Assembly: GCF_050053475.1 (NCBI RefSeq) | Contig: NZ_JBBBDN010000001.1 | DNA: 64,000 bases | DNA from: Lusitaniella coriacea LEGE 07167 | GTDB lineage: Bacteria; Cyanobacteriota; Cyanobacteriia; Cyanobacteriales; Spirulinaceae | Strand: one strand, 5' to 3' | In this document: one piece after another, positions 37,864 through 47,966 of the stretch | Layout: every line of letters starts with the position of its first letter | How positions within the stretch are numbered: position 1 is the stretch's first letter | The notes under the pieces: model-generated | What the model was told of the DNA's origin: nothing | What the model saw: only the letters and a program-made list of their open reading frames with translations | Database searches by the model: none | Made by a program: the position numbers and the translations under genes

Positions 37864-38769
37864 ATGAAACAACTGGTTATGCTAGAGCGAGCAATGCTCG
37901 CGGGTCATATTCTATCGATGGTATTTGGTTTAGCGGGATTATTACTGGTTTTGCCCCACGCAGAATTCATCGTCAACTTGCCCGAATTTGGTCAAACGCT
38001 CTTTCAATGGTCAATGGTGGGGGGTGGCGTAGTCTATATGCTGTTGGGAACTGTTGCGGTTGCTCTGTATGCTTACCGCACGATAGGAATAAAGCAGGGA
38101 CTGTGTTTTATGCTCCCGGCAATCTTTTTGTCCTTGGGAAGCGAACTATTGGGAACAAGTACGGGATTTCCCTTCGGACATTATCGCTATTTGAGTGGTT
38201 TGGGCTACAAAATTTCTGGTTTAGTGCCGTTTACAATTCCCTTATCTTGGTTTTATTTGGGATTTTGCGCTTATTTACTCGCTCGTGCGGGTTTGAAATC
38301 CCTAAAAATGCCGGGATGGGTGAAATTCTGGGGCGCGATCGCGCTAGGATCGCTTCTGCTGACTTCCTGGGACTTCGTTCTCGATCCCGCAATGAGTCAA
38401 ACCGCCGTTCCTTTTTGGATTTGGGAACAACCGGGCGCATTTTTTGGAATGCCCTACCAAAACTTCCTGGGCTGGATGGGAACCGGAATTATCTTTATGA
38501 GCGTCGCCGCACTGTTATGGAAGCGCTATCCCCTTCCTAACGTCCCCAGCGAGCTAGGATTTCCCTTAGCCATTTACTTGAGTAACTTCGCTTTTGCCAC
38601 CTGCATGAGCTTGGCGGCTGGATTCTGGGTTCCCGCTTTGCTAGGGATTGCCGTGGGAGTCGTTCCGGCACTTGCTTGTTATCTCAATGCTGTCTCCCTC
38701 GAACCGCTACACCCCCAAGAAGCTACCGATCTTCTTGAAAAGGAAGCGGCTGAAATCCCGGTGGGATAG
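37864..38769 (+). CDS. polytopic membrane protein (carotenoid-biosynthesis CruF/DUF422-like?)
   Basis: 301 aa, ~8 TM helices; resemblance to Caroten_synth-family membrane proteins is from memory only. Confidence 0.55.
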   Translation: MKQLVMLERAMLAGHILSMVFGLAGLLLVLPHAEFIVNLPEFGQTLFQWSMVGGGVVYMLLGTVAVALYAYRTIGIKQGLCFMLPAIFLSLGSELLGTSTGFPFGHYRYLSGLGYKISGLVPFTIPLSWFYLGFCAYLLARAGLKSLKMPGWVKFWGAIALGSLLLTSWDFVLDPAMSQTAVPFWIWEQPGAFFGMPYQNFLGWMGTGIIFMSVAALLWKRYPLPNVPSELGFPLAIYLSNFAFATCMSLAAGFWVPALLGIAVGVVPALACYLNAVSLEPLHPQEATDLLEKEAAEIPVG

Positions 38770-38803
38770 TGCGTTGCAATGAAATCGGGAAATGCAATAT
38801 TTC

Positions 38804-38890
38804 CTAGTGGTCTGTCAGTTTCAAATTTGTGGGTAGATCGTTTCCCCGTGTCGCTCTAAACGAACAAAATCGAGCTTGACGAACCACTAG
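38804..38890 (-). mobile_element. 87-bp MITE-like element (copy 2, inverted relative to copy 1)
   Basis: Its reverse complement, ctagtggttcgtcaagctcgattttgttcg...aaactgacagaccactag, aligns end to end with 35601-35687. Confidence 0.7.
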
Positions 38891-39035
38891 GTTTCTTGCT
38901 GAGACAAACATTTCTCAGTCGAAGGCGATCGTTGGCGCGCGATCGCCCTTGGCTAGCGATTATGAGGGGCGACAACCCGTTTTGGTTTCCCTCTAACTCG
39001 CGATATAATCGGAGGGTTCTAATGAGTCAAGAACT

Positions 39036-40127
39036 ATGCCAGTATCATCCCAACTTGATGAGGTTGTCCAAGCTTTAGAACAGCACGAAAACTCACTGCG
39101 AATCCGCAAAATGCTTTTCTGCGCTGCCCGAAACAAGTGGGAAAATAATCGCGATGTCCTTCTATCTTTAAACCTCAAACATATCATTCAAGAATTGGTC
39201 GATCTCAATTCAACTCTCGATCAATTAACCGTATCTCTCTATGAAATTGTCAAACATTTAAATCGCAAAACTGCATATTCCCTTGTTGCCAATACTATTG
39301 TCAGTCATGTGGGAAAACTTTACGATGATGATGGCGGTTCGACACAAATTTTCGCCTTCAAACCGCAAAAAAAACTAACGCCCGTTGAAAATGTAATTCC
39401 GGTTAAAGAAGTTGCTAAGAATATTGAAATTCACAAAAACTCAACCCGAATCCGGAAAATGCTATTTTGTATTTGTCAAAATAGATGGGTTAACGATCCA
39501 GAGATTCTCTTTAGTATCGATCTAGAACAATTACTTCAAGAAACCTATCAACTTCATCCCACCGTTGATTCTCTCAGTTTAGCATTGCATAACATTGTTG
39601 ACAGTCTCAATCGCAAAGCAGAGTACGCTTCCATTGCCAACGAAATCATTCATCTCATTCGCCCCATCTACGATACGGGAGAGCTATCGGGGAATTTGTT
39701 AAACTCCCAAGGACAACCCATCGACACAGAAGTACGTCCCAAAAAAAACGCCCCCGTTGACCCGCCTGCTGTTTCGTCGCCCCCATCAGAAAGCGAAGTA
39801 AAATCCAAACAATCCGATCCGCCTTACGAACCTTTTGCCGTTCGTTTAGAGGTGATGAAATATAGCAATCCCCTGAGAGCAAAAATTCTTGCCTTTTCCG
39901 TTTTGTACCATTTGTTTGACTATAAAGGGAAAGATTGGGTTAGTCTAAAAACCAGCGAACTCGACGATTTACTCGTGCAGCTCTACCAGACTTATGAGGA
40001 TCTCTCAGAGTTGGAAACGCGATTGTGTGAAACCGCGAATCACCTTGACGATCCCCAGGAAAGTTTGCAAGCTGCTGGGGCGATCGTTCAAGCGCTTAAG
40101 CCGCTTTATGAGGCACGCGCAATCTAG
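39036..40127 (+). CDS. hypothetical protein built of three tandem homologous ~110-aa helical domains
   Basis: Repeats 1 and 2 (LRIRKMLFCAARNKWENNRDVLLS... / TRIRKMLFCICQNRWVNDPEILFS...) and a more divergent repeat 3 (LRAKILAFSVLYHLFDYKGKDWVS...) separated by a Pro/Ser-rich linker. Confidence 0.65.
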   Translation: MPVSSQLDEVVQALEQHENSLRIRKMLFCAARNKWENNRDVLLSLNLKHIIQELVDLNSTLDQLTVSLYEIVKHLNRKTAYSLVANTIVSHVGKLYDDDGGSTQIFAFKPQKKLTPVENVIPVKEVAKNIEIHKNSTRIRKMLFCICQNRWVNDPEILFSIDLEQLLQETYQLHPTVDSLSLALHNIVDSLNRKAEYASIANEIIHLIRPIYDTGELSGNLLNSQGQPIDTEVRPKKNAPVDPPAVSSPPSESEVKSKQSDPPYEPFAVRLEVMKYSNPLRAKILAFSVLYHLFDYKGKDWVSLKTSELDDLLVQLYQTYEDLSELETRLCETANHLDDPQESLQAAGAIVQALKPLYEARAI

Positions 40128-40242
40128 ACGCGCGATCCGGCACAGATTTTTCCCCTTCCCCCAGACAGAACTGGGTTGTCCCTCGCTTAACCCAAAATTG
40201 CCACATTCCCAATTTTGTCCACGCCCAGTAAGGAAAACACAA

Positions 40243-41235
40243 ATGGATGCACGAGAACTCATAGAACGCTATGAAGCTGGAGAAACGAAATTTGCCGGCG
40301 TTAATTTGAGCGGAATCAACTTATTGGGCGCGGATTTGATCGGAATCGATTTAAAACAAGCCGATCTCCACAACGCTAGCTTAATTCTCACCTACCTCAG
40401 TCGAGCGAAATTAACAAAAGCCAATCTGAACGGCTGTCGCTTGAGCGGTGCGAACTTAAATCAAGCATCCATCAACAGCGCCAATTTACACAATGCGGAT
40501 CTTCACGGCGTATCTTTACAAAGCGCCGATTTGCGCGGTGCGGATTTGACCTTAGCCAATTTGCTCAATGCGAACTTAATGGATGCGGATCTGCGGGGAG
40601 CGGATTTGAGCGGGGCAAATTTAACAGGTGCTTGTTTGCGCGGAGCCAATTTGCGCGAGGAAGTCAGAAATTATTACAGCAGTTTGATTGGCGCAATTTT
40701 GTGTCGGGTTGACCTTCAAGGCGCGAATCTTAAGGGTGCTGAGTTGGTCAAAGTGGACTTGAGTGGGGCAAATCTGCGGGAAGTGGTCTTTCGCGAGGCG
40801 GATTTGCGAGAAGCCAATTTAAAGGAAGCGAATTTACAAGGTGCTTTTTTCACCGATGCCAATTTAGCGGGGGTTAACCTCGCGGGAGCAAATTTGCGTA
40901 ATGCTAAGTTGGAACGGGCAGTTTTAACAGGCGCGGATTTAACCGGAGTTGACTTACAAGGTGCGCTAATGCCCGATATCAGACTGGATAAAGCGCAATT
41001 GGGTGAAGCGAATTTGAGTTTGACGCGGATGAACCGTGCGGATTTGAGTCGTTCGGATCTAAGCAAGGTGGATTTAACAGAAGCGGAACTGATTGATGCG
41101 TATTGCGCAAGAACCAATTTTGCTGGGGCAATTTTGAAGGGAGCCAATTTAGTTCGGGCAGAATTGAGTAGTGCGAATCTCAGTTGGGTTGAATGGCAAG
41201 GCGCGACGATGCCTGATGGGAGTATTTATCCTTAG
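40243..41235 (+). CDS. pentapeptide-repeat protein (cytoplasmic)
   Basis: Start at MDARELIERYEAGE (ATG 40243, AAGGAAA upstream); A(D/N)LxGANL repeats throughout. Confidence 0.85.
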   Translation: MDARELIERYEAGETKFAGVNLSGINLLGADLIGIDLKQADLHNASLILTYLSRAKLTKANLNGCRLSGANLNQASINSANLHNADLHGVSLQSADLRGADLTLANLLNANLMDADLRGADLSGANLTGACLRGANLREEVRNYYSSLIGAILCRVDLQGANLKGAELVKVDLSGANLREVVFREADLREANLKEANLQGAFFTDANLAGVNLAGANLRNAKLERAVLTGADLTGVDLQGALMPDIRLDKAQLGEANLSLTRMNRADLSRSDLSKVDLTEAELIDAYCARTNFAGAILKGANLVRAELSSANLSWVEWQGATMPDGSIYP

Positions 41236-41361
41236 CTGAATGACACTGAAATAAGAGTGAAAAAATCGCTAAAAGCCCTCTCCCCCAGCCCCTCTCCCAA
41301 TCCTGGGAGAGGGGAGATAGATACAGTGTCTCCGCGTCTCCGTTTCTCCGATTCTCAAAAA

Positions 41362-42330
41362 ATGCCTCCTTTCCTCTTTCCCGTTAGTATTGCACCAATG
41401 ATGGATCGAACCGATCGTCATTATCGCTATTTCATGCGTCAGATGACGCGACGGACGCTGTTGTACACGGAAATGGTGGTTGCGGCTGCAATTTTACACG
41501 GCGATCGCGCGAAGTTGCTCGGTTTTTCTCCAGAAGAAAAGCCTTTAGCGCTGCAAGTGGGGGGAGATAACCCTCAAGACCTTTCAATCTGCGCTCAAGT
41601 TGCGGAGGAGATGGGGTATGACGAGATTAATTTGAATGTGGGATGTCCGAGCGATCGCGTCAAGAGTGGAAATTTTGGCGCGTGTTTGATGGCGCAGCCG
41701 GATCGCGTGGCGAGAGCAGTGGAAGCAATGCAGAAGGTTACAACCCTTCCTGTGACTGTTAAACACCGGATTGGGATCGACGAGCGCGATCGTTACGAAG
41801 ACATGAAAAATTTTGTCCGCATTGTCTCCGATGCGGGGTGTCAGCGCTTTACGGTTCACGCGCGCAAGGCTTGGCTCAAAGGCTTGAGTCCCAAGGAGAA
41901 TCGCACGGTTCCCCCCTTACGCTACGGTGATGTCCATCGCCTCAAAGAGGAATTTCCTCACCTCACCATCGAAATTAATGGCGGAATCATCACCCTAGAG
42001 CAGGTTCGCGAGCAGTTACAATCCGTTGATGCTGTGATGATCGGACGCGCTGCTTACGATACTCCTTACCTCTTTGCTGCGGTAGATCGCAATTTTTACG
42101 GCGAAACCGAACCGCCTCCCAGCCGCCACGCCGTCGTAGAAGCGATGTTTCCTTATATTGAGTATTGGGTGAGTCGCGGGGTCAAACTCAACGCGATCGC
42201 GCGTCCCATGTTACAACTCTTCGCCGGACAGCCGGGAACCAAAGCCTGGAAGCGACACATTAGCGAAAATGCTCATCTTCCCAATGCAGGGGTGGATACG
42301 ATTCGCGATGCTTTAGCAAAGGTTCCATAA
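41362..42330 (+). CDS. dusA: tRNA-dihydrouridine synthase A
   Basis: SIAPMMDRTDRHYRYFMRQ DusA N-terminus; TIM-barrel FMN motifs; the conserved Cys in NVGCPS. Start moved to the internal Met because the upstream part is a repeat tract. Confidence 0.85.
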   Translation: MPPFLFPVSIAPMMDRTDRHYRYFMRQMTRRTLLYTEMVVAAAILHGDRAKLLGFSPEEKPLALQVGGDNPQDLSICAQVAEEMGYDEINLNVGCPSDRVKSGNFGACLMAQPDRVARAVEAMQKVTTLPVTVKHRIGIDERDRYEDMKNFVRIVSDAGCQRFTVHARKAWLKGLSPKENRTVPPLRYGDVHRLKEEFPHLTIEINGGIITLEQVREQLQSVDAVMIGRAAYDTPYLFAAVDRNFYGETEPPPSRHAVVEAMFPYIEYWVSRGVKLNAIARPMLQLFAGQPGTKAWKRHISENAHLPNAGVDTIRDALAKVP

Positions 42331-42401
42331 AGGCGCGCGATCGCGCAATCCCATACATTGTCTTTGCCACATTCCACACCTTACAGGAGTTGCTCAAGGT
42401 A

Positions 42402-43109
42402 TTACAATCGCAGCAAAATATTTAAGCCGTGACTGTCCGTACCGCAAGTTCTGAATAAATCGAACTGTTCGCTAAGATTTTCCACTTGTTTGGTTTGAGC
42501 AGGAGTGGGTTTCCAAGGATTGGTTCTGCGGTAGGCGTAGTAGGTTTCGACTCCATCAATTCCCGCTTGAACTGCCGCAGGGACAAGTTTTTGTGCGGGG
42601 AGGCGATAGCGTTCGGGATGGGCTAAAACCACTAACCCACCTGCTTGATGGATTGCGGAAATGACGTTGACGGCTTTGGCTTTATTGCCTTTGGGCGCAT
42701 TGCCTTTAAGGTAGTTACGAAGGGCAGAATGGTTGGGGTCAAAAGCGTAACCGAGAATATGAACTTCGATGTTGAGTAAGGTGGAGGTGATTTCAACCCC
42801 CGTCCACAAGTGGGGGAGTTGTTGATGGGGTTGTTCGATTTTCGCTTCTTCTAACCAGCGTTGAGCGGCTTGGTAGCCTCGAACGCTATGGTGGTCGGTA
42901 ATGGCTAATCCTTTTAATCCAAGATTGACAGCTTGTTGGATGAGGTCTTCTGGGTGGAGTTGTCCATCAGAGCAATGCGTGTGCAGGTGAAAGTTGTAGG
43001 AGTGGGGACAGCTATCTGCCTTAAGATTTGACCAAACTTGTGTGAGGGTGTGGGTATCTTGAGGAGTGAGGGTCGAGGAAGCAAAGGCGAGAGCCGTTGA
43101 AGTTGCCAT
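42402..43109 (-). CDS. PHP-domain metal-dependent phosphoesterase
   Basis: FHLHTHCSDG ... ITDHHS ... His-rich PHP motifs; 235 aa. Confidence 0.75.
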   Translation of the reverse strand: MATSTALAFASSTLTPQDTHTLTQVWSNLKADSCPHSYNFHLHTHCSDGQLHPEDLIQQAVNLGLKGLAITDHHSVRGYQAAQRWLEEAKIEQPHQQLPHLWTGVEITSTLLNIEVHILGYAFDPNHSALRNYLKGNAPKGNKAKAVNVISAIHQAGGLVVLAHPERYRLPAQKLVPAAVQAGIDGVETYYAYRRTNPWKPTPAQTKQVENLSEQFDLFRTCGTDSHGLNILLRL

Positions 43110-43482
43110 AAGTACCTGGATAAGGAACGAGGAGTTGCGTTATGAACTCGCGATCGCGCGGAAGTTGTAAAGTATATAACGTGAGAGGATCGCGATGTAG
43201 CGTATCAGGTTGTTAACGCCCCTTCACTCTAACAAAAATATGGGAATCAGTTTGGTTATTTTTCTGGTGAAATGAGTTGGAACTGCCGAGTACTTGGTGC
43301 TTTTTCTCTGTTTTAATAGGTTACTATAGAAAAATTTAATATTAGTAATTAGTTTAAAATTTGTGGAATTCTCGGATACTTTATTTGAAGCGCGATTTAA
43401 GTCAGTAAAATCGACGATGATTTAGGGAAAGGGCAAGGCGATAGATTGACAGAATTGGGATATTCCCTGCCCCTAGGTTGTT

Positions 43483-43884
43483 TCAGGAAGATGTCTCAGA
43501 CAATTTTATTTTCCGCATTTCTAAACCCGTACCAATAATTCCCCAAAGAATTAAGACAGTATCAAAAACTTTAGAATCGGTTTGACTGCCTGCGATGTGA
43601 CCGATTCCAATGACAATAATTGCGATATAGAAGGGAATGTTGCTCAATGCCTGGGATTTTTGGCTATTGACCCAGTTTAAGTTCATTAGACAACTGAGAC
43701 TGAAGATGATCCACCAAATGCTAACCAAGAGGAAGCAAACAGAGTCGAGTAGGGGTAACGACCACCAATAGGGTTCTGCGGTGAGGATTGAGAGGCTAAA
43801 ACCGAGGGTTCCCGCTATCCCAAATAGGAGAATGAGGACTAATGAGATGGTGGTGGGGACGGAACGAGGAATGTTATTTGTCAT
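43483..43884 (-). CDS. small 4-TM membrane protein
   Basis: 133 aa, hydrophobic, AT-richer than its surroundings; last gene of the kinase operon. Confidence 0.45.
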   Translation of the reverse strand: MTNNIPRSVPTTISLVLILLFGIAGTLGFSLSILTAEPYWWSLPLLDSVCFLLVSIWWIIFSLSCLMNLNWVNSQKSQALSNIPFYIAIIVIGIGHIAGSQTDSKVFDTVLILWGIIGTGLEMRKIKLSETSS

Positions 43885-43926
43885 GAAAATTTGACCTCCG
43901 GGTAAAAAAGTAAGATGAGTTGATGG

Positions 43927-44595
43927 CTAATCACTACAGGTGAGATGCTGTTGTACCCATAGTGCGGCTTGAGTGCGATCGCGCACATCCAATTTATCAA
44001 GAATTCGGGTGACGTAATTTTTTACGGTTCCTTCGGTGAGGTGGAGAGATCGCGCGATTTCCCGATTGTTGTATCCTTGTCCGAGTAAGTTGAGAATATC
44101 CAGTTCGCGATCGCTAAATAACTCTTTATACTCTTCTTTCATTGCCGGAGAAGTCCCACTTTCGCCGTTGAGACGGGCAAAGACTTTCGGGGCAATTGTC
44201 GGGCCCAATTGGGAATAACCGCGATGCAAATTGCGGATTGCCGTTGCAACTTCTTGGGAGGGGGTACTTTTGAGTAAATAACTCAATGCGCCTGCTTCAA
44301 GGGATTGCCAAACGTACTCGTCCTCATCGAAGGTGGTCAGAACCAGAATGCGAATCCAGGGATAGCGTTGGTGGATGGCGCGAGTCGCTTCTACCCCGTC
44401 GCAAATGGGCATCCGCACGTCCATTAAAATGATATCCGGTTGTAGTTGTTCTGCCAGCGCGATCGCTTCTTTGCCATTATTCGCCTCGCCAACAACTTCA
44501 ATATCCTCTTCCAGGGAAAGGAGAGAAGCCAGTCCTTGACGAAAGAGGGGTTGGTCGTCAGCGAGTAATAATCGAATCATGGGGAAAATTCGCAC
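43927..44595 (-). CDS. NarL/LuxR-family response regulator
   Basis: REC (LLADDQ...MDVRMP...LVLTT) plus C-terminal LuxR HTH ([35 protein letters not shown]). Confidence 0.85.
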   Translation of the reverse strand: MRIFPMIRLLLADDQPLFRQGLASLLSLEEDIEVVGEANNGKEAIALAEQLQPDIILMDVRMPICDGVEATRAIHQRYPWIRILVLTTFDEDEYVWQSLEAGALSYLLKSTPSQEVATAIRNLHRGYSQLGPTIAPKVFARLNGESGTSPAMKEEYKELFSDRELDILNLLGQGYNNREIARSLHLTEGTVKNYVTRILDKLDVRDRTQAALWVQQHLTCSD

Positions 44596-45018
44596 TTAAT
44601 GTGTATTAGAGGAAAATTCGTAGAACGTCAAACAAACGCCGGCTAAATCGAGGATGACGAATTCTTTGGGACCCCAAGGTTTTGTTTCTAAATGACCCTT
44701 TGGAGTGATATATTCTTGCATCTGTCGATACAACTGCTCGATTCCCGTCACCTGAATGCGCAACGATGTGCCATTTGCCAAGTTTTTATCGCCATTGCGC
44801 ACGAGAAAAAGAACGGCTGAATCCCGTTCGACAATTGCCATATGGGGCGGATCTCCCTCTTTATGGGTCATTTTAAAGCCCAGTTTCTCGTAAAACGCGA
44901 TCGCGGCGCTAACATCCTCCCCTGCTGGAATCAACGGACTGATATTTCCAAGTTTCGGCAAATCGCTCATTGTACTTTCCTTCTGTCGCCAGAACAATAA
45001 CTTAAAGCTAGTGGGCAT
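44596..45018 (-). CDS. VOC/glyoxalase-bleomycin-resistance family protein
   Basis: 140 aa, beta-alpha-beta-beta-beta VOC-like; abuts the response-regulator start. Confidence 0.7.
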   Translation of the reverse strand: MPTSFKLLFWRQKESTMSDLPKLGNISPLIPAGEDVSAAIAFYEKLGFKMTHKEGDPPHMAIVERDSAVLFLVRNGDKNLANGTSLRIQVTGIEQLYRQMQEYITPKGHLETKPWGPKEFVILDLAGVCLTFYEFSSNTH

Positions 45019-45083
45019 CGTCTACCCTATTTCATATCAAGGCTTTGGGCAATTTCTTGACTATATGCCATCTCTTCACCCCG

Positions 45084-46361
45084 TCACCGTGTTCTTCCTT
45101 TAACGACTTTAAGAGGTATCTTCACCTCAATTCTCGTTCCCCTTCCCGGCATACTCTCGACCTTAATCTCGCCGTCGAGTATTTGAACGCGCTCTTGCAT
45201 TCCCCGCAATCCAAACCCTTCCCAAGTCGCACAAAGATCGAAACCGATTCCATTATCACTTATCACTAAAAGAACCCCGTTTGGAGTCTGAGAACCCCGT
45301 ACTGTAATGTGTGTTGCGCGGCTGTGTTTTTGCACGTTGGTGAGGGCTTCTCGAACGATGCAATAGAGTTGGTGGCTGGTTTGTAGGGGAAGTTGGGGAA
45401 AGTTCGTTTGTAGGTCGATCTGAAGGGCAAGATCGCGGGGAAACTGCTCGATTAACATCCTCATTGCACCATTGAGATCGAACCCCTCCTCGCGCATTGC
45501 CGACACCGATCGTCGCACGTCCGCAAGGGATTGACTGGAAAGCCCTTTGGCTGCACTCAGCGCATCTGCGGCGCGATGGGGATCTCGTTCGTAGAGTCGT
45601 TGTGCGAGTTCGAGTTGCACGTCGAGGGTGGTGAGAGAATGTCCCAGGGAGTCGTGAATTTCGCGGGCGATGCGGGTGCGTTCTAATGCCGTGGCTAAGG
45701 TTTCCACTTCTTTTGCCAAGTTAAGGGCTTTTTGACGACTTCTGCGTTCGGAAACAACGGTCAAACTCAACAGGAGAACGAAGGTACAGGCGGCAATGTA
45801 CACCCCTGTATTGTTGATCAAAGAGGCAACGATCGCGCGCTGGGGATTTTCCCAATACTCTGGCATATTTTCCCGCGCCCAAACAATCATTCCAGGCAAG
45901 CGCCACGCATCGCAACCCAGCCAAGCAATTCCCGTCGCGATCGCGGTAATCATAATATCTCGACGATCGAGCAAGAAACAACTTTTCGTAAGGGCTAAAT
46001 AAAGAAATAAACTGAGTCCCCAAAAGGTAAAGGCTTGAGCGGGAAGCAGTACGAAGATTTCCAGGAAAATGTAGGCGCGTCGCTGCCATAGGGGGCGATT
46101 GAGGGGGAAATAGAAACTCAAGACAGCACGTCCCATTAAAACGCACAACGCGATCGCGTTGTGGCGAATTGTTATATCGTTTAAATCGCCTGCGGTATTA
46201 ATAACCATGACGAGAACGTGAATGACAATCAACGTCCATTCCACCCACAACAGCGTGCGGCGCAAGGAAGAGGACGCGATCGCGGTAGCATTTATCCCAT
46301 TAGTTGTTTCATTAACGGGGAGCTTTCGCGTTTTTAATTTCCTTTTTCCTTGCATTTGCAT
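45084..46361 (-). CDS. membrane sensor histidine kinase, HisKA_3 (NarX/DesK/LiaS-type)
   Basis: 5 TM N-terminus, H-box REIHDSLGHSLT, HATPase_c (EALTNVQKH...DNGIGF...GFGLRGM). Confidence 0.85.
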   Translation of the reverse strand: MQMQGKRKLKTRKLPVNETTNGINATAIASSSLRRTLLWVEWTLIVIHVLVMVINTAGDLNDITIRHNAIALCVLMGRAVLSFYFPLNRPLWQRRAYIFLEIFVLLPAQAFTFWGLSLFLYLALTKSCFLLDRRDIMITAIATGIAWLGCDAWRLPGMIVWARENMPEYWENPQRAIVASLINNTGVYIAACTFVLLLSLTVVSERRSRQKALNLAKEVETLATALERTRIAREIHDSLGHSLTTLDVQLELAQRLYERDPHRAADALSAAKGLSSQSLADVRRSVSAMREEGFDLNGAMRMLIEQFPRDLALQIDLQTNFPQLPLQTSHQLYCIVREALTNVQKHSRATHITVRGSQTPNGVLLVISDNGIGFDLCATWEGFGLRGMQERVQILDGEIKVESMPGRGTRIEVKIPLKVVKGRTR

Positions 46362-46475
46362 ATTGATTTATGAGTGATGAGTCGTTCTGCAAACGATTAG
46401 TGGGAGAGGGTTTAGTGAGTGTTTAATGAAATCTCAGCTAACGATTGTTGCTCAAAACCCGTCCAACTCTAGATT

Positions 46476-47738
46476 TTAAGTAGAGCAACGATGACGAGTT
46501 ACAAAAGGAATACGCGCTTGAATTTGAGTCCCTTTACCCGGTTGACTTTCAATGCAAATCTTACCGCCAAGGAGTTGAATGCGCTCTTGCATTCCCTGCA
46601 ACCCAAACCCAGAGGAGGGAGTATTCGGATCGAATCCAACCCCATTATCGGCAATCTCCACAATAATCGCGTCAGGCGTTTGATGACCTTGCACCGTAAT
46701 ACAGGTTGCGCGACTGTGTTTTTGCGCGTTGGTAAGAGCTTCTTGAATGATGCAGTAGATTTGGTGACTGGTTTGAAGATTTAAGGGAGGGAAACTTGCC
46801 TGCACATCAATTTTTAGGGGAAACTGCTCAATTAATATCCCTATCGCCCCATTGAGATCGAACCCCTCCTCGCGCATTGCCGACACCGCACGTCGCACAT
46901 CTGCAAGGGATTGACTGGCAAGAGTTTTGGCTACATTTAATGCATCTTCAGCGCGGTGAATATCTCGTTTATAGAGCCGTTGTGCGAGTTCGAGTTGCAC
47001 GTCGAGGGTGGTGAGGGAATGCCCCAGAGAGTCGTGGATTTCGCGAGCAATGCGAGTGCGTTCCAACGCCGTGGCTAAGGTTTCCACTTCTTTTGCCAGC
47101 GCGATCGCTTTTTGACGGCTTCTGCGTTCGGCGAGGGCGATAAAACCGAAGAGGAGGACAAAGGTACAGGCTGCAATGTGGCTACCGACTTCGCCAATTA
47201 TTTGCTGAATAAAGAGGGTTTGGGGATCGGCGAGAAGTTTTTCCACGCGATCGGGAATTAATGTGATATCTTCGGAAAATTGAAATGCCACGCAGGACAC
47301 CCAGGCAACTCCGGACGCGATCGCGGTTAGAATTGCATCTGGGCGTTTGAGGAGAAAGCAACTTTTCCCTAAAAAGAGATAGAGCAACAAATCCAAACTT
47401 CCGTTGGTAAACGCTCGACTGGGCAACAGCACGAGAATGTCGAGAAGAATGTAAGCGCGTCGCTTCCAGAGAGGACGTTTGAGGGGAAAGATAAAACTCA
47501 ACACCCCGCACACCCCCAAAGTCACCAAAAGAATGATTGTCTGGCGAAAGGGGAATATCTTGGGAAAGGCAGTCAGAATGAGTAAGAAATAAATCAGAAG
47601 GATTGACCACTCTATCCAAAGAAAGGTGCGGTGCAGGGATGGAGTGGTGAAGGCAGTTGGCGCGTGCTGTCCTTCAGCAGATCCTTTCAGGATCGCGCTA
47701 AGGGTTTGGCGCTTTGTTTTCCCAAGCTTATTGTGCAT
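46476..47738 (-). CDS. membrane sensor histidine kinase, HisKA_3; tandem paralogue of 45084-46361
   Basis: Same architecture; 60-90-nt stretches at ~90-95% DNA identity with its neighbour in the DHp region. Confidence 0.85.
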   Translation of the reverse strand: MHNKLGKTKRQTLSAILKGSAEGQHAPTAFTTPSLHRTFLWIEWSILLIYFLLILTAFPKIFPFRQTIILLVTLGVCGVLSFIFPLKRPLWKRRAYILLDILVLLPSRAFTNGSLDLLLYLFLGKSCFLLKRPDAILTAIASGVAWVSCVAFQFSEDITLIPDRVEKLLADPQTLFIQQIIGEVGSHIAACTFVLLFGFIALAERRSRQKAIALAKEVETLATALERTRIAREIHDSLGHSLTTLDVQLELAQRLYKRDIHRAEDALNVAKTLASQSLADVRRAVSAMREEGFDLNGAIGILIEQFPLKIDVQASFPPLNLQTSHQIYCIIQEALTNAQKHSRATCITVQGHQTPDAIIVEIADNGVGFDPNTPSSGFGLQGMQERIQLLGGKICIESQPGKGTQIQARIPFVTRHRCST

Positions 47739-47966
47739 TGCTTGACCTCACCGAAACGATTGGGGCTTCTCCTTTGTGGAGACAAAGCTTACCTGTTAAG
47801 GCGAGAGGGATTGGGTGGAGAAAAAACCCCGTTCCTACCATCTTCCCTTCTGCCGTCTGCCTTCATTTCTCCAGAATACAGCGCTTTTTTGCGAAAGAGG
47901 GATGACTTTAGCCAGCAGTTTTCCATGACTTTAGTCATCAACAGAGATGACTTTCTGTTCTAGAGT

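Noticed and set aside
41257-41361. N-terminal 35 aa of the dusA ORF in the track
   Set aside because: That stretch is encoded by a CCCCAGC/GGGAGAGGGGAGA repeat tract (SPSPSPNPGRGE); the DusA homology begins at the internal Met at 41362.
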